From a virus (taxonomy: Duplodnaviria > Heunggongvirae > Uroviricota > Caudoviricetes), in IMG/VR virus record IMGVR_UViG_2690316224_000012, positions 1 to 42,694 of that record: DNA of 42,694 nt. One strand, written 5' to 3'. The stretch's first letter is position 1; each line of letters starts with the position of its first letter. Below, piece by piece: positions 24,836 to 37,184 of this stretch. Both the position numbers and the translations under genes were made by a program. The notes beneath the pieces are model-generated. The model saw nothing but the letters and a program-made list of their open reading frames with translations. It searched no databases and was not told the origin of the DNA.

Positions 24836-27034
24836 ATGGCAGAAAAAAAGATGACTGACTGGCATCGCAAGGTGCTGTGCAACTTTGATAATGCCTGGTC
24901 AGCAACGCAGGATATGCGTGAGCAGATTATTGAGGCTCAACGTTTCGTCCGGGTGTCCGGCGCACAGTGGGAAGGCAGTACAAACGCTGGTTACTCATTT
25001 GATGAGGGCAGGTTTGAGCATTACCCGCGCTTTGAACTGAATAAGATTTCCCGTGAATGTGATCGCATCATTGGCGAGTATCGACAGAATCGCATCAGCG
25101 TTAAATTCAGGCCGAAGGACGATAAGGCATCGGAAGCGTTAGCCGAAAAGATGAACGGCAAATTCCGCGCTGACTATCAGGAAACATCCGGTGGCGAAGC
25201 GTGTGATAACGCATTTGATGATGCTGTAACAGGCGGATTTGGTTGTTTCCGCATGTGTGCCGATTACGAAGATGAAATGGACCCAAGTAACGAGCAGCGA
25301 CGCATCAGCCTTCTTCCTGTTTACGACCCGGCGACATGCGTCTTCTTCGATCAGGACAGCAAGCAATATGACCGCTCTGATGCTATGTGGGCTATGGAAA
25401 TGTTCTCCATGACGCCTAAAGCGTTCGAGGCTGAATACCCTGATTCCATCGCAGCAAGTCTTTCTCGTGATGACACTGGTACTCAGTATGACTGGTCAAC
25501 GCCCGATGCCATCTATGTTGGACGTTACTACGAAGTCCGCATAGAGAAGGTGAAGCTCACGGCGTGGCGCAACCCTGTTAGCGGAGAAACGGCAATCTAT
25601 GATGAAGAGCAAATCAAAGATATTGTCGACGAGCTGACCGATGGTGCATTCGAACTGATTGGCGAGCGAACGGTGAAGAAGCGCCGCGTTTATTGCGGAC
25701 TTCTGTCTGGCGCTGAATGGCTGGAAGAACCGAAGCGTATTCCAGGCGAACATATTCCACTCATCCCGGTATATGGGCGTCGCTCATTTGTTGATAATCA
25801 GGAGCGAATCGAAGGTCACGCAGCAAAAGCGATGGATGCACAGCGTCTTGAGAACCTGATGGTTTCTATGATTGCAGATAACGCTACTCAGGCTGGCGGT
25901 GATGGCATTCCTGTAGTTGATGTTGACATGATTCCTGGTCCTCTCGCCACTCATTGGGCGGAGCGCAACAAAAAGCGCCCGGCGTTCCTGCCGATGGTCA
26001 GTCTGAAAAACAAAAACGGCGATATTACTGCGCAGGCTCAGGTAAGTAGTTATACACCTCCGACACAAATGCCTCCTGCTCTTGCTGGGCTATTGCAGTA
26101 CACCGGAACGGCTATTCAGCAAATTACAGGTGCGTCGCAGATTGAGAACATGCCGAGCAACGTCGCCACCGATACCGTTGATAGCATCTTTAACCGGATG
26201 GATACGCAGTCCTATATCTACATGGACAACATGGCTAAATCCATGCGTCGCGCTGGCGTCGTGTGGCTTTCTATGGCACGTGAGGTCTATGGCAGTGATA
26301 CGCCGATGCGTATCGTTAATGAGGACGGCAGCGATGACGTGGCGCTGATGACTGGTGAAGTGGTTGACCGTCAGACAGGCCAGGTTATCGCTCTTAATGA
26401 CCTTTCGCAGGGCAACTATGAAGTGACTGTCGATGTCGGTCAGTCGTTCGCTACTCGCCGTGATGCAACGGTTAAGTCGTTACTTTCCATGCTGGCACTT
26501 ATCCCACCAGGAACGCCGAAGCACGACCTTGTATCGTCGATGATTCTCGACAATATGGACGGCGAAGGGATGGACGACCTTAAAGAATACAACCGCAATC
26601 AGTTGCTTCTGTCTGGAGTTATCAAGCCGAGAACACCAGAAGAACAGAAGATGGTTGAGCAGGCGAAACAACAACAGGCCAGTCAGCCAGATCCGGCTAT
26701 GGTTGCAGCGCAAGGTCAGCTTCTTGCTGGTCAGGCTGAATTGCAGAAAGCGCAGAACGAACAGGCAGCCATTCAGGTTAAAGCATTCCAGGCACAGACT
26801 GATGCTCAGGTTGCAGCGGCAAATGTTGTGAAAATACTCGCATCTGCCGATAGTCAGCAGAAATCTGATATCCGCGAGGCTCTGAAACTGCTCGGACAGT
26901 TCCAGCAACAGCAAGGAGATAATGCCCGTGCTGATGCAGAGCTTGTCCTGAAAAGTCAGGCACAGGGCCATGCGCAGCGCATGGACATCAGCAGCATCCT
27001 GCAAAAATCAACTCAGCAACAACCACAGCAGTAA
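24836..27034 (+). CDS. Portal protein (P22 gp1-like)
   Basis: 732 aa with Gln-rich coiled-coil C-terminal barrel; follows the large terminase. Confidence 0.85.
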   Translation: MAEKKMTDWHRKVLCNFDNAWSATQDMREQIIEAQRFVRVSGAQWEGSTNAGYSFDEGRFEHYPRFELNKISRECDRIIGEYRQNRISVKFRPKDDKASEALAEKMNGKFRADYQETSGGEACDNAFDDAVTGGFGCFRMCADYEDEMDPSNEQRRISLLPVYDPATCVFFDQDSKQYDRSDAMWAMEMFSMTPKAFEAEYPDSIAASLSRDDTGTQYDWSTPDAIYVGRYYEVRIEKVKLTAWRNPVSGETAIYDEEQIKDIVDELTDGAFELIGERTVKKRRVYCGLLSGAEWLEEPKRIPGEHIPLIPVYGRRSFVDNQERIEGHAAKAMDAQRLENLMVSMIADNATQAGGDGIPVVDVDMIPGPLATHWAERNKKRPAFLPMVSLKNKNGDITAQAQVSSYTPPTQMPPALAGLLQYTGTAIQQITGASQIENMPSNVATDTVDSIFNRMDTQSYIYMDNMAKSMRRAGVVWLSMAREVYGSDTPMRIVNEDGSDDVALMTGEVVDRQTGQVIALNDLSQGNYEVTVDVGQSFATRRDATVKSLLSMLALIPPGTPKHDLVSSMILDNMDGEGMDDLKEYNRNQLLLSGVIKPRTPEEQKMVEQAKQQQASQPDPAMVAAQGQLLAGQAELQKAQNEQAAIQVKAFQAQTDAQVAAANVVKILASADSQQKSDIREALKLLGQFQQQQGDNARADAELVLKSQAQGHAQRMDISSILQKSTQQQPQQ

Positions 27035-27124
27035 TTAACCCATAACGTGCAATGGCTGTCTTTATGAGGCCTGGCACCCTATTGCCTTCCGATGGGCTGA
27101 ACATCGAGTAAACAGGGGTAACAA

Positions 27125-28018
27125 ATGGACCAGATGGCAGAAAACACACCAGAAGTTGAAATCGAAACCGACGCGTCAGAGCAGATTCCTGATGATGTCG
27201 AACTGGCTGAAGAAGTCGAAACAGAAGATGGCAGTGAGTCCTCCGGCAATGATGCAGAGGAAGCTACTGAAACTGATGACGACGAATCAGAACAGGAATT
27301 CTACTTTGGTGACGAAAAGCTGGATTCGCCAACCAGCGAAGATGGCGCAGAGCATGGACTGGTAAAACACCTGCGCAAGACGATTAAAGAGAAAGACCGT
27401 GAGCTGAAAGAGCTGATGCGTCAGTCTCAGAAACCCGTCGAGCAGCAGCCGGTAATCACTCAACCACCGCGAATGCCAAAACTGGATGATGAGGACATCG
27501 GTTTCGATGAAGAAATCTACCAGCAACGCATGGCTAAGTGGGCAGAGGATAACGGCAAGTACCAGCAACAGGAGATGGCTCGCAAGCAGAAGGAGCAGGA
27601 GCTTCAGGCTGCCTATCAAGAGCGATTATCCAAATATCAGCAACGTGTTAAGGCTCTCAAAGTTCCTGGCTATCAGGAAGCTGAGCAGGCCGTACTCGAG
27701 GAAATTCCCATCGAGACACAAAACGCGATCCTGTTTGAGTCAGAGAAGCCGGAAATCGTTGTTCTGGCGCTCGGTCGCAACGCTGAACTGCGCAAGCAAC
27801 TGGCAGAAGCTACCAACCCCGTAGCAATTGGTCGTCTGCTGGAACGTATCGAATCGAAGGCCAGAATCATGCCAAAAGCAAAAACCACGGCAGCCACAAC
27901 CCCGACAGTTAAGGGGAGCAACGGCGCAGTAATCAATAACCTCGACAAACTGAAAGCCAAGGCGCTGGAAACTGGTGACTGGACGCCGTATTTCGCCGCT
28001 AAAAAGGCAAAAAAATAA
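27125..28018 (+). CDS. Scaffolding protein (P22 gp8-like)
   Basis: 297 aa, acidic N-terminus, coiled-coil, between portal and coat. Confidence 0.7.
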   Translation: MDQMAENTPEVEIETDASEQIPDDVELAEEVETEDGSESSGNDAEEATETDDDESEQEFYFGDEKLDSPTSEDGAEHGLVKHLRKTIKEKDRELKELMRQSQKPVEQQPVITQPPRMPKLDDEDIGFDEEIYQQRMAKWAEDNGKYQQQEMARKQKEQELQAAYQERLSKYQQRVKALKVPGYQEAEQAVLEEIPIETQNAILFESEKPEIVVLALGRNAELRKQLAEATNPVAIGRLLERIESKARIMPKAKTTAATTPTVKGSNGAVINNLDKLKAKALETGDWTPYFAAKKAKK

Positions 28019-28036
28019 CCTATCGGAGCATTAAGC

Positions 28037-29290
28037 ATGGCTAACCAATTAGCAAAAGACCTTGAAATCATGTTCGAAAACTACGTTGAAGGCTTTGAGG
28101 CCGCCTGCGTAGTTTCCCGTAACGCTAAAAAATTCCGTCCCGGTGATACAGCAATGCAGCGAGCAGGTGATGTTCTGTATCGTCCGCAGCATTACCACAT
28201 GAACATTGAGGAAGGCCTCGACCTCAGCAGCAAAACGCCAACAGCACTGGTTCAGCGCCTTGTTCCTTCTGTGTTCAAGGAGCCGAAAAACATTCTGTAC
28301 ACTCTGGATGCGCGTGAAATGCGTGACCCGGAACATAAAAATGAAGCTGGTCGCGCCGCAGGTATGCGCCTTGCTGCACAGATTGACTCTGACCTGATTT
28401 CCATGGTCACGCAGCGTGCTACTAACGTGATCACGATGGCTGACTCAACCACAGGTACACAGGGCCGTGATTTGTGGAACTGTGCGGCAGGCATTGATGC
28501 CACCATGACGGCGATTGGTGTACCTCAGGGCATCAACCGTCGCTCTTTCTGGAACCCCTTCAACTACAAAGATCTTGCAGGCGAGCTTGGTCACCGTGCC
28601 TATGCTCAGGGCGCAACCCTGACAGCATACGAAAAAGCGCAGATCCCTCCGGTTGCTTCCTTTGATAGCTACAAGACCGATATTTTTGGTCGATTACCGA
28701 AAGGAAGCACTGAATCCTTGACAGTATCAGACCAACCTGAACACAAGGTTGAAGCGAAAGATTTAAATGGTATGCCAGTTGATAACCGACAGGGGACTAT
28801 TACGGTATCTGCATCTGGCTTGCAGGTTGGTGATGCGTTCACCATTGCCGGTGTGAATTCCGTACACCAGATCACAAAAGATACCACCGGGCAACCGCAG
28901 GTATTCCGTGTTCTGGCTGTTAGCGGAACTACCGTAACAATCTCTCCAAAGATTCTCCCTGTTGAAAATGCCGATGTTGCGAGTCGTCCATATGCAAACG
29001 TCGATGCCAAGCCGGCAGCATCAGCAGCAATCACCATTCTCAACAAGAACGCAGCACCTGCTAACCTGTTCTGGGCTGATGGTTCTGTTGAGCTGATGTA
29101 CGGCAAACTGGCGTTCCCGACTGGTCAGGGTCCACAGGTAATGACAGCAACCACCGAGCAGGGCGCTACGCTGATCATGTCTTACGCCTTCGACCACATC
29201 AAAGGTGTAACCACTGCGCGTTTCACCACTCTGTACGGTTGCTCTGTACTGGTTCCTGAATATACGGGCATCGTTATTGCCGGGCAGTAA
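28037..29290 (+). CDS. Major capsid (coat) protein (P22 gp5-like)
   Basis: 417 aa; position and size fit P22/Sf6 coat; strong terminator downstream. Confidence 0.85.
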   Translation: MANQLAKDLEIMFENYVEGFEAACVVSRNAKKFRPGDTAMQRAGDVLYRPQHYHMNIEEGLDLSSKTPTALVQRLVPSVFKEPKNILYTLDAREMRDPEHKNEAGRAAGMRLAAQIDSDLISMVTQRATNVITMADSTTGTQGRDLWNCAAGIDATMTAIGVPQGINRRSFWNPFNYKDLAGELGHRAYAQGATLTAYEKAQIPPVASFDSYKTDIFGRLPKGSTESLTVSDQPEHKVEAKDLNGMPVDNRQGTITVSASGLQVGDAFTIAGVNSVHQITKDTTGQPQVFRVLAVSGTTVTISPKILPVENADVASRPYANVDAKPAASAAITILNKNAAPANLFWADGSVELMYGKLAFPTGQGPQVMTATTEQGATLIMSYAFDHIKGVTTARFTTLYGCSVLVPEYTGIVIAGQ

Positions 29291-29296
29291 TTTTGG

Positions 29297-29320
29297 TGGG
29301 GCTTCGGCCCCATTTTTATT
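29297..29320 (+). terminator. Intrinsic terminator after the coat gene
   Basis: GGGGC-TTCG-GCCCC hairpin followed by TTTTTATT. Confidence 0.7.
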
Positions 29321-29331
29321 GGGAGAAGACA

Positions 29332-29520
29332 ATGGCACGAACAATGCTCTATAAGCCTGGCAACATGATCACCTGCGGTCAGTTTGCTGTCGATTACATC
29401 ATTGTTGATGACGAAGAAGTTAAATCTCACCTGAAAAAAGGCTGGGTAAAAACTCCTGAAGAAACCGCAACGAAGCATAAAGTGGCTAAGGCGGAAGAAG
29501 ATGGCGAAAACGAAGGGTGA
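29332..29520 (+). CDS. Hypothetical small head-module protein (62 aa)
   Basis: ATG at 29332 with GGGAGAAG SD. Confidence 0.4.
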   Translation: MARTMLYKPGNMITCGQFAVDYIIVDDEEVKSHLKKGWVKTPEETATKHKVAKAEEDGENEG

Positions 29521-29962
29521 TCTCGTTCTTAAGGCTTTACGAAAAGCCGGGCTGTATTCCAATGCCACGTTGACAGATGCTGACCCTCAGGCAATTGAAG
29601 ATGCCATTAATGACCTCGAAGACATGATGGCAGCATGGCAGGCTAAAGGTATCGAGCTTGGATATCAGTTTGCTGATACAGAAAACGGCATCATGCCGTT
29701 ACCTGACGATGATTCAGGTATCCCTGCATGGGCAAATGATGGCGTCGCCTTGAAACTCGCTGTGCAAGTGTGCATGGATAACGTCATTCAGCCGTCAGAC
29801 GCTCTCCTTACCGCTGCTGACAGTGCATACCAGACAATTTGCATCGCTTTAACCAAAATACCACCACTTGAGCGGCGAAATGACATGCCTCGCGGTAGTG
29901 GTAACAAAAGCGCGTTTACGTGGAATCGGTTTTACATCGAGAAAGATGATCCGAGTACGTGA
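29501..29962 (+). CDS. Head-tail adaptor (P22 gp4-like)
   Basis: 153 aa; KTKGDLV...ALRK...ATLTD...DLE.MMA.W and PRGSGN motifs resemble P22 gp4. Confidence 0.75.
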   Translation: MAKTKGDLVLKALRKAGLYSNATLTDADPQAIEDAINDLEDMMAAWQAKGIELGYQFADTENGIMPLPDDDSGIPAWANDGVALKLAVQVCMDNVIQPSDALLTAADSAYQTICIALTKIPPLERRNDMPRGSGNKSAFTWNRFYIEKDDPST

Positions 29963-29971
29963 GGTGAATAA

Positions 29972-31390
29972 ATGCCGATTCAGCAACTTCCGCTTATGAA
30001 AGGTGTCGGCAAAGACTTTCGAAACGCCGACTATATCGACTATCTGCCAGTGAATATGCTGGCTACACCCAAAGAAATCCTCAACAGCAGCGGATATCTT
30101 CGCTCATTCCCTGGCATTGCCAAACGTTCTGATGTGAACGGTGTATCTCGCGGCGTCGAGTACAACATGGCGCAGAGTGCTGTTTATCGCGTGTGTGGTG
30201 GGAAGCTTTACAAAGGCGAAAGCGAAGTCGGTGACGTCTCCGGAAGTGGTCGCGTATCAATGGCGCATGGTCGAACATCACAGGCGGTAGGCGTTAATGG
30301 TCAACTGGTCGAGTATCGCTATGATGGCACGGTTAAAACAGTCTCAAACTGGCCTACAGACAGCGGATTCACTCAGTATGAGTTAGGTTCAGTCCGCGAC
30401 ATTACACGCTTACGTGGGCGTTATGCGTGGTCAAAAGACGGAACTGATTCATGGTTTATCACTGACCTTGAAGACGAATCGCACCCTGACCGATACAGTG
30501 CACAATATCGTGCCGAGTCTCAGCCTGACGGTATTATCGGCATCGGAACATGGCGAGACTTCATCGTCTGTTTTGGTTCATCGACGATTGAATATTTTTC
30601 CCTGACAGGTGCAACCACTGTTGGTGCCGCTTTGTATGTCGCACAGCCATCGCTGATGGTGCAAAAAGGCATCGCCGGGACTTACTGCAAAACGCCATTC
30701 GCTGATTCGTATGCGTTCATCAGCAATCCGGCAACAGGTGCGCCGTCTGTGTATATCATCGGTTCCGGTCAGGTATCACCAATCGCCAGCGCGAGCATTG
30801 AGAAAATACTACGCTCCTACACTGCTGATGAACTGGCTGATGGTGTGATGGAATCGCTGCGATTTGATGCGCATGAACTGCTGATTATCCATCTTACGCG
30901 TCACGTCCTCGTGTACGACGCATCTTCAAGCGCCAATGGTCCGCAATGGTGTGTACTGAAAACAGGCCTGTATGACGATGTGTACCGCGCTATCGACTTC
31001 ATTTACGAAGGCAATCAGATAACGTGCGGCGATAAGCTGGAATCTGTTACCGGCAAATTGCAGTTCGATATCAGCAGCCAGTATGGGCTACAGCAAGAAC
31101 ACCTGTTGTTTACACCACTCTTCAAAGCTGAGAACGCCAGATGTTTTGATCTGGAAGTTGAATCATCGACTGGTGTCGCTCAGTACGCTGACCGCCTGTT
31201 CCTCTCTGCAACCACTGACGGCATCAACTGGGGACGTGAGCAGATGATTGAGCAGAATGAACCGTTCGTTTACGACAAGCGCGTTTTGTGGAAGCGTGTC
31301 GGGCGAATCAGGAAAAATGTCGGCTTCAAATTGCGCGTTATCACGAAGTCACCTGTCACTCTGTCTGGCTGCCAGATAAGGATTGAGTAA
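29972..31390 (+). CDS. Tail hub protein (P22 gp10-like)
   Basis: 472 aa, same length and map position as P22 gp10. Confidence 0.75.
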   Translation: MPIQQLPLMKGVGKDFRNADYIDYLPVNMLATPKEILNSSGYLRSFPGIAKRSDVNGVSRGVEYNMAQSAVYRVCGGKLYKGESEVGDVSGSGRVSMAHGRTSQAVGVNGQLVEYRYDGTVKTVSNWPTDSGFTQYELGSVRDITRLRGRYAWSKDGTDSWFITDLEDESHPDRYSAQYRAESQPDGIIGIGTWRDFIVCFGSSTIEYFSLTGATTVGAALYVAQPSLMVQKGIAGTYCKTPFADSYAFISNPATGAPSVYIIGSGQVSPIASASIEKILRSYTADELADGVMESLRFDAHELLIIHLTRHVLVYDASSSANGPQWCVLKTGLYDDVYRAIDFIYEGNQITCGDKLESVTGKLQFDISSQYGLQQEHLLFTPLFKAENARCFDLEVESSTGVAQYADRLFLSATTDGINWGREQMIEQNEPFVYDKRVLWKRVGRIRKNVGFKLRVITKSPVTLSGCQIRIE

Positions 31391-32238
31391 TGGCGGATTC
31401 ATCACTGAATGATCCTGTCGCGGTTCAGGCTGCGCGCCTTGATGCTTCAATTTTGCCACGCAATATATTCAGCCAGTCTTACCTGCTGTATGTCATAAAT
31501 CAGGGTGCTGATGTTGGCGCAATTGCCGGGAAGGCAAATCAGGCTGGTCAGGGCGCTTATGACGCGCAGGTAAGGAACGATGAGCAGGATGTGATTCTCG
31601 CTGACCATGAGCAGCGAATTTCTGCTGCGGAAGCAACGCTTGTTAATCATGAGGAGCGAATCAGCCAGGCAGAATCAACTCTTCAGGAACATGAAACACG
31701 AATCACTAAGAATGAAAGCGATATTGCGTCGCTTGATACCAGAGTTCAGTCGCTGGAATCGCAGGTTTCAGACCATGAAACGCGCATTGATGCTCTGGAG
31801 TATGCAACCACACGCAAGAAGTCAGAGGTTGTTTACTCTGGCGTATCTGTAACCATCCCGACAGCGCCGACCAACCTTGTTAGCCTGCTGAAAACGCTCA
31901 CGCCGTCATCCGGCACGTTGGCACCATTCTTCGACACCGTTAACAACAAGATGGTTGTGTTCAACGAGAACAAAACCTTGTTCTTCAAGCTGTCGATCGT
32001 CGGGACGTGGCCCAGCGGAACCGCCAACAGGTCAATGCAACTAACATTTTCCGGCTCTGTTCCTGACACACTGGTAAGCAGTCGCAACTCGGCGACAACG
32101 ACCGATAACATCCTGTTAGCTACGTTCTTCAGCGTGGATAAAGACGGATTTCTTGCCACAAATGGCAGTACGTTAACCATTCAGTCGAATGGTGCGGCGT
32201 TTACTGCCACAACCATCAAGATAATCGCGGAGCAGTGA
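31390..32238 (+). CDS. Tail needle protein (P22 gp26 / Sf6-type with C-terminal knob)
   Basis: Heptad-repeat trimeric coiled coil ([34 protein letters not shown]) plus a C-terminal globular region. Confidence 0.75.
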   Translation: MADSSLNDPVAVQAARLDASILPRNIFSQSYLLYVINQGADVGAIAGKANQAGQGAYDAQVRNDEQDVILADHEQRISAAEATLVNHEERISQAESTLQEHETRITKNESDIASLDTRVQSLESQVSDHETRIDALEYATTRKKSEVVYSGVSVTIPTAPTNLVSLLKTLTPSSGTLAPFFDTVNNKMVVFNENKTLFFKLSIVGTWPSGTANRSMQLTFSGSVPDTLVSSRNSATTTDNILLATFFSVDKDGFLATNGSTLTIQSNGAAFTATTIKIIAEQ

Positions 32239-32693
32239 TGATTCAGTTCAAACCAACGCGAAACATCGACCTGATAGAAGCCGTGGGAAATCACCCCGAC
32301 ATTATCGCCGGGAGCAACAACGGTGATGGATACGACTACAAGCCTGAATGCCGTTACTTCGAGGTGAACGTGCACGGGCAGTTCGGCGGCATTGTTTACT
32401 ATCAGGAGATTCAGCCTTTGACCTTTGATTGCCACGCCATGTACCTGCCAGAGGTTCGTGGATTCAGCAAGGAAATCGGGCTGGCGTTCTGGCGATACAT
32501 TCTGACTAACACCACCGTTCAGTGCGTCACATCGTTCGCTGCGCGCAAATTCCGCCACGGTCAGATGTACTGCGCAATGATTGGCCTTAAGCGTGTAGGA
32601 ACCATCAAGAAATACTTCAAAGGCGTGGATGACGTGACGTTTTACAGCGCAACACGCGAAGAACTAATCGACTTCCTGAATCACGGGAGATAG
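32235..32693 (+). CDS. P22 gp14-like head/ejection accessory protein
   Basis: 152 aa, assigned by position between the needle and ejection-protein genes. Confidence 0.55.
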   Translation: MMIQFKPTRNIDLIEAVGNHPDIIAGSNNGDGYDYKPECRYFEVNVHGQFGGIVYYQEIQPLTFDCHAMYLPEVRGFSKEIGLAFWRYILTNTTVQCVTSFAARKFRHGQMYCAMIGLKRVGTIKKYFKGVDDVTFYSATREELIDFLNHGR

Positions 32694-32695
32694 CC

Positions 32696-33388
32696 ATGTT
32701 ATATGCATTTAAGCTGGGCAGAAAACTGCGCGGCGAGGAACCTTGGTGCCCTGAAAAAGGCGGGAAAGGTGGCTCCGATAAAAGCGCAAAGTATGCAGCA
32801 GAAGCTCAGAAGTATGCCGCAGACCTGCAAAATCAGCAGTTCAACACCATCATGAACAACCTGAAGCTGTTTACTCCTCTGGCTGATAAGTATGTCGGCA
32901 GCCTCGAGAACTTATCGTCTCTGGAAGGGCAAGGTCAGGCACTTAACCAGTATTACAACTCTCAGCAGTACAAAGATCTTGCTGGTCAGGCTCGCTATCA
33001 GAGTCTGGCGGCAGCGGAAGCAACAGGTGGATTGGGTTCCACTGCAACCGGTAATCAGTTAGCAACAATCGCACCAACGCTTGGTCAGCAATGGCTATCT
33101 GGTCAGATGAACAACTACCAGAATCTGGCAAATATTGGTCTTGGCGCACTGCAAGGTCAGGCAAACGCCGGGCAGACATATGCCAACAACATGAGTCAGA
33201 TTTCGCAGCAAAGTGCGGCTCTTGCAGCGGCAAATGCCAACAGACCATCAGCAATGCAATCTGCTATTGGCGGAGGTGCGTCTGGTGCTATTGCTGGGGC
33301 TGGACTTGCGAAATTAATTGGTTCATCAACTCCGTGGGGTGCTGGTATCGGTGCTGGTATCGGTCTGCTTGATTCACTGCTTTATTAA
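32696..33388 (+). CDS. Ejection (internal virion) protein, P22 gp7-like
   Basis: 230 aa (P22 gp7 about 229 aa), Gln/Ala-rich with Gly-rich hydrophobic C-terminus. Confidence 0.65.
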   Translation: MLYAFKLGRKLRGEEPWCPEKGGKGGSDKSAKYAAEAQKYAADLQNQQFNTIMNNLKLFTPLADKYVGSLENLSSLEGQGQALNQYYNSQQYKDLAGQARYQSLAAAEATGGLGSTATGNQLATIAPTLGQQWLSGQMNNYQNLANIGLGALQGQANAGQTYANNMSQISQQSAALAAANANRPSAMQSAIGGGASGAIAGAGLAKLIGSSTPWGAGIGAGIGLLDSLLY

Positions 33389-33398
33389 GGGGTAATCA

Positions 33399-34814
33399 AT
33401 GGCTACGTGGCAACAGGGTATTAATTCTGGTGGTTTTCTGGCTGGCATCGGTACGCAAAATGAGAATGCGCCAAAGGCAAGCGACATTAACGCAACGCTT
33501 GGTCTGATCCGCGAAAACAATGAACTGGCTCGCTCAGGTGCAAATAACGTTGGTCTGACCGCGTTACGTGGTCTGGCTGGAGTTGCTGATATTTACAATC
33601 AGGAACAGCAACAGAAAGCGATTAGTGCGTTCAATAAGGTTCACGCTGATGCATGGGCTTCTGGTGATCCATCGGGACTATTTAAGTTTGCCAAGGAAAA
33701 TCCAGCGTTTGTTGCGCAGGCACAACAGGCGTTTTCCGGTCTTAATGAGCAGCAACGCAACGATATGGGCGATTTAGCCATGAGGGCTAACGTCGCTCTT
33801 TCTCAGGGACCGGAAGCCTACAGTAAATTCATTACTGACAACAAGGACAGGTTAAATCGCGTTGGTGCTAATGCTGACTGGATGATTCAGACAGGTATCC
33901 AGAATCCAGAGCAGCTATCACACATGCTGACTACTATGTCTCTCGGTGCTCTTGGACCAGAAAAGGCGTTTGCTGTTCAGGATAAGATGGCTGGTCGTGA
34001 AATTGACCGAGGCAGGCTGGCAGAGACAATCCGCAGCAATCAGGCTGGCGAGGCACTTCAGGCGAGAGGGCAAAACCTTTCCTATCAGTCAGCAATGACT
34101 GGGCACAATATCGCAGCACAACGCTTGGCTCTGGATCAGCAAGAGTTCGGGTTTAAGATGCAGCAAGCGCAGGAAAAGGCTCAGCAGTTGATTAGCGAAG
34201 CACCTAAGCTGTCAGTAAATATGGAAAAAGGCATCGAGACGGCTGTAAACAATGCCACAGCATCATCAAACTCAGCCAATTCCATGAGTGCGCTTGCTCA
34301 ACAGTTCAGAGCAGAAAAACCAACGACAGGTTTGTTCGGTAACGCACAGAACATGTTCGCAAAACTTACCGGAAGCGATACGACATTGCGTGATTTGCGC
34401 ATTCGCCAAAATGCCCTTGTTAACAGTCAGGTTCTTAAATTCCTACCTCCCGGCCCAGCAACGGATAAAGACGTTGAGATCGTTCGGCAGGGTGCGCCAA
34501 CTGACATGGATAACCCTGAGACGGTCGCAAGATGGCTTGATGCAATGGCAAACCTTGAGCGACGAAACGCGCAGTTTAATGAGTTTAAAGCTGAGTGGAT
34601 GAGCGCGAATGGCAATCCTGGACAATCGCGTAATGGCGGTCAGATATTGGGGTTGGATGTTAAAAAAGGTGAATCATTGGGGAGTGCCGTTAAGCGGTAT
34701 ATGTCATTGAATACTGACGCAGCGCCAGCACAAGATTCGACACCTTCAGGAGAACCACGGAATCAGGTTGGATCATATACCTCAAAATCAGGCATTCAAT
34801 TTACGGTGGAATGA
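33399..34814 (+). CDS. Ejection protein, P22 gp20-like
   Basis: 471 aa, matching P22 gp20 length and position. Confidence 0.65.
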   Translation: MATWQQGINSGGFLAGIGTQNENAPKASDINATLGLIRENNELARSGANNVGLTALRGLAGVADIYNQEQQQKAISAFNKVHADAWASGDPSGLFKFAKENPAFVAQAQQAFSGLNEQQRNDMGDLAMRANVALSQGPEAYSKFITDNKDRLNRVGANADWMIQTGIQNPEQLSHMLTTMSLGALGPEKAFAVQDKMAGREIDRGRLAETIRSNQAGEALQARGQNLSYQSAMTGHNIAAQRLALDQQEFGFKMQQAQEKAQQLISEAPKLSVNMEKGIETAVNNATASSNSANSMSALAQQFRAEKPTTGLFGNAQNMFAKLTGSDTTLRDLRIRQNALVNSQVLKFLPPGPATDKDVEIVRQGAPTDMDNPETVARWLDAMANLERRNAQFNEFKAEWMSANGNPGQSRNGGQILGLDVKKGESLGSAVKRYMSLNTDAAPAQDSTPSGEPRNQVGSYTSKSGIQFTVE

Positions 34815-36652
34815 TGAAAGTAACTGCAAACGGTAAGACATTTATCTTTCCTGATGGTACGAGCACCGAAGATATTGGCATCGCCATTGATGAGTATTTT
34901 GCTGGTCAGGCTGTTCAGCAACAAACAGTTAATCAGGCCAATAATGCACCAACACGGGAAGAACCATCATTGATGCAACAAGCTGGCGATTGGCTCACTG
35001 GTGGTCAAAGTGCAGGGCAAATTGCAGAACAGGCTGGTCGTGGTCTGGTAAACATACCATTTGACGTATTGCAGGGTGGCGCAAGTCTGATTAATGCAAT
35101 CAGTCAGGGGATTGGTGGGCCAAAAGTTTTGGATGATGTTTATCGTCCAGTAGACAAACCGACAGACCCATACGCACAAGCCGGTGAAACAATTGGTGGG
35201 TATTTAGTTCCAGGAGTTGGAACGGCAGGAAGCATGGCTATTGGATCGCTGGCAGAGGCCGCAAATCAGAAAGGCGATTTCGCACAAAATGCAGCTAAAA
35301 ATGCCGGAGTTAACCTTGCCGCTCAGGGTGTTCTTTCCGCAGCAGCAAAGGGAATAGGGCGTGGAATAACGGCTATAAAAGGTGATATTGCGCCAGAAGT
35401 GGCGAAGAAAATTGCCACATCAGAATCGATGGGCGTGACACCAATGACATCTGATGTTATCCCGCCGAAAAATGCTTTCACTCGCGGCCTTACTCAGGAT
35501 GCCGAGGGGGCTTTGCTCGGGACGGGCTCAAAGCGAGCAGAGCAATATGCAACGCGGAGTAAGCTGGTAAGCAATTATTTTGACCGTTTTGGTGAGTACA
35601 ACCCTGATGATGTGGTGAAATCTCTGACCACCACGTTAAGGGGGCGGAAGGATGCCGCTGGCGCTGTTATCAATGACGTCACCAATAAAATGGGTAATGC
35701 CGCAGTTGATACCACAAATACCATGAATGCTCTGAATACAGCGATCGCAAGACAGGAACGGCTTGGGACGTCTGCCAATCAAAGCCTGCTTACATCCTTG
35801 CGTAACCTACGTGAAGAATTAGCAAACCCTGCAACTGATTTGGATGTTACGTTTGATCTCTTGCGTCAGCACAGAACAGCATTTAGATCTAATGTTCAGG
35901 GAGATGCTATGGTCTTCCCCAACCAGGCAAAAGCAGCTACCAATATGGTAGAGAATGCAATGTCAAAAGACCTTCGTAACGCAGTTGCTAAAAACCTCGG
36001 TGCATCAGACGCAGCAAAATACCTTAAAGCAAATTCCGATTATGCAAACGTTTATAATAAGGTGCTTAATAAAAACATTGCCAACAAGCTCAACAAGGCA
36101 AGCAGTGAAGCCAGTCCTGAACTTATAAATACCGTTGTATTAAGCAGAAAACCATCTGACGTGAAACGAATCTGGAGCGCACTGGATGATAAGGGGAAAG
36201 ATGCTATGCGTGCAGCTTACGTCAGCAAAATAGCGGAAAAGGCCGGGGACTCTCCAGCCAAGTTCATCACTGAAGTTAATAAGCTGAAATCTCAGTCAGG
36301 CGGTGAAATTTACAACACTATTTTTTCTGGAAAGCACATGAAAGAGCTTGATGCTCTTCATGAAGTTCTACAGCAAACAGCAAGGTCAGACACCGCAAAT
36401 GTAGTAACTCAGACGGGGCAATCGCAAGCCAACAGGATAAGGACGATTGGCGCAACTGCGACCCTTGGCGTATCAATGGGGCTTGAGGCTGGTTTTGGTG
36501 CAATGATGCGCTTGTATGAGTCCAAAGCAGCAAGGAATATGCTTCTTCGTTTGGCAAACACCAAAGCAGGAACACCAGCCTATGAAAGAGCGATAAATAA
36601 CGCTGCGAATGCCATCAGACCGCTGTTTGCTACTGAGGCAACACAGCAGTAA
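34811..36652 (+). CDS. Ejection protein, P22 gp16-like
   Basis: 613 aa (P22 gp16 about 609 aa), last of the three ejection genes. Confidence 0.65.
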   Translation: MMKVTANGKTFIFPDGTSTEDIGIAIDEYFAGQAVQQQTVNQANNAPTREEPSLMQQAGDWLTGGQSAGQIAEQAGRGLVNIPFDVLQGGASLINAISQGIGGPKVLDDVYRPVDKPTDPYAQAGETIGGYLVPGVGTAGSMAIGSLAEAANQKGDFAQNAAKNAGVNLAAQGVLSAAAKGIGRGITAIKGDIAPEVAKKIATSESMGVTPMTSDVIPPKNAFTRGLTQDAEGALLGTGSKRAEQYATRSKLVSNYFDRFGEYNPDDVVKSLTTTLRGRKDAAGAVINDVTNKMGNAAVDTTNTMNALNTAIARQERLGTSANQSLLTSLRNLREELANPATDLDVTFDLLRQHRTAFRSNVQGDAMVFPNQAKAATNMVENAMSKDLRNAVAKNLGASDAAKYLKANSDYANVYNKVLNKNIANKLNKASSEASPELINTVVLSRKPSDVKRIWSALDDKGKDAMRAAYVSKIAEKAGDSPAKFITEVNKLKSQSGGEIYNTIFSGKHMKELDALHEVLQQTARSDTANVVTQTGQSQANRIRTIGATATLGVSMGLEAGFGAMMRLYESKAARNMLLRLANTKAGTPAYERAINNAANAIRPLFATEATQQ

Positions 36653-36676
36653 CGTATGGGAAATTGGATTCAATCG

Positions 36677-37066
36677 CTAACATTTTCTTTTTACTTTTCC
36701 AACAAAAGCTTTGGTTGAATCCATATTTCCATAACCGGAAATGGTTTTTGACATTAAAACTGTTCCAGTAGGATGTATTACCCATGAGTCGATAACGCGT
36801 TGAGTTTCGCCATTCGCGCCGATTCCTATGATGGAGTTTTTAGACAATGCTTTGTAAGCCATGCCGCCCGCATCTGTCCCAGAATATGTGATGCTGGCAT
36901 CTTCACCGTTTGTCTTAATGATGAATGTTCCACTAAAACCATCTTCTTCCGGATGGAAATTATTTCGTTCTGAATAGCTTATTCCGCGCATATCTCCAAC
37001 GACCCAGCACTCTGCTGTAGCCCCAAAAGATATGAATAAGAACATAGCAGTAAGAAATTGCTTCAC
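36677..37066 (-). CDS. Secreted protein with signal peptide (moron)
   Basis: GTG start with AAGGAGG SD; N-terminal signal peptide (MKQFLTAMFLFISFGATA|E); convergent with the flanking structural genes. Confidence 0.6.
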   Translation of the reverse strand: MKQFLTAMFLFISFGATAECWVVGDMRGISYSERNNFHPEEDGFSGTFIIKTNGEDASITYSGTDAGGMAYKALSKNSIIGIGANGETQRVIDSWVIHPTGTVLMSKTISGYGNMDSTKAFVGKVKRKC

Positions 37067-37184
37067 GCCAACCTCCTTAGTTTTGAGCAGGATACCATGA
37101 AAAAAGTAAACATCTTTTGCCTACTTCACATTTGAATGGTTTGTCATTAGGATGTTTCCGGTTTTTTCAAATATGGAAATTGAT

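Noticed and set aside
24328-27004. Long minus-strand ORFs inside the terminase/portal genes (24328..24792, 26480..27004) and similar antisense ORFs in other structural genes
   Set aside because: Antisense shadow ORFs within well-supported plus-strand structural genes; no SD, and the strand is inconsistent with the operon.
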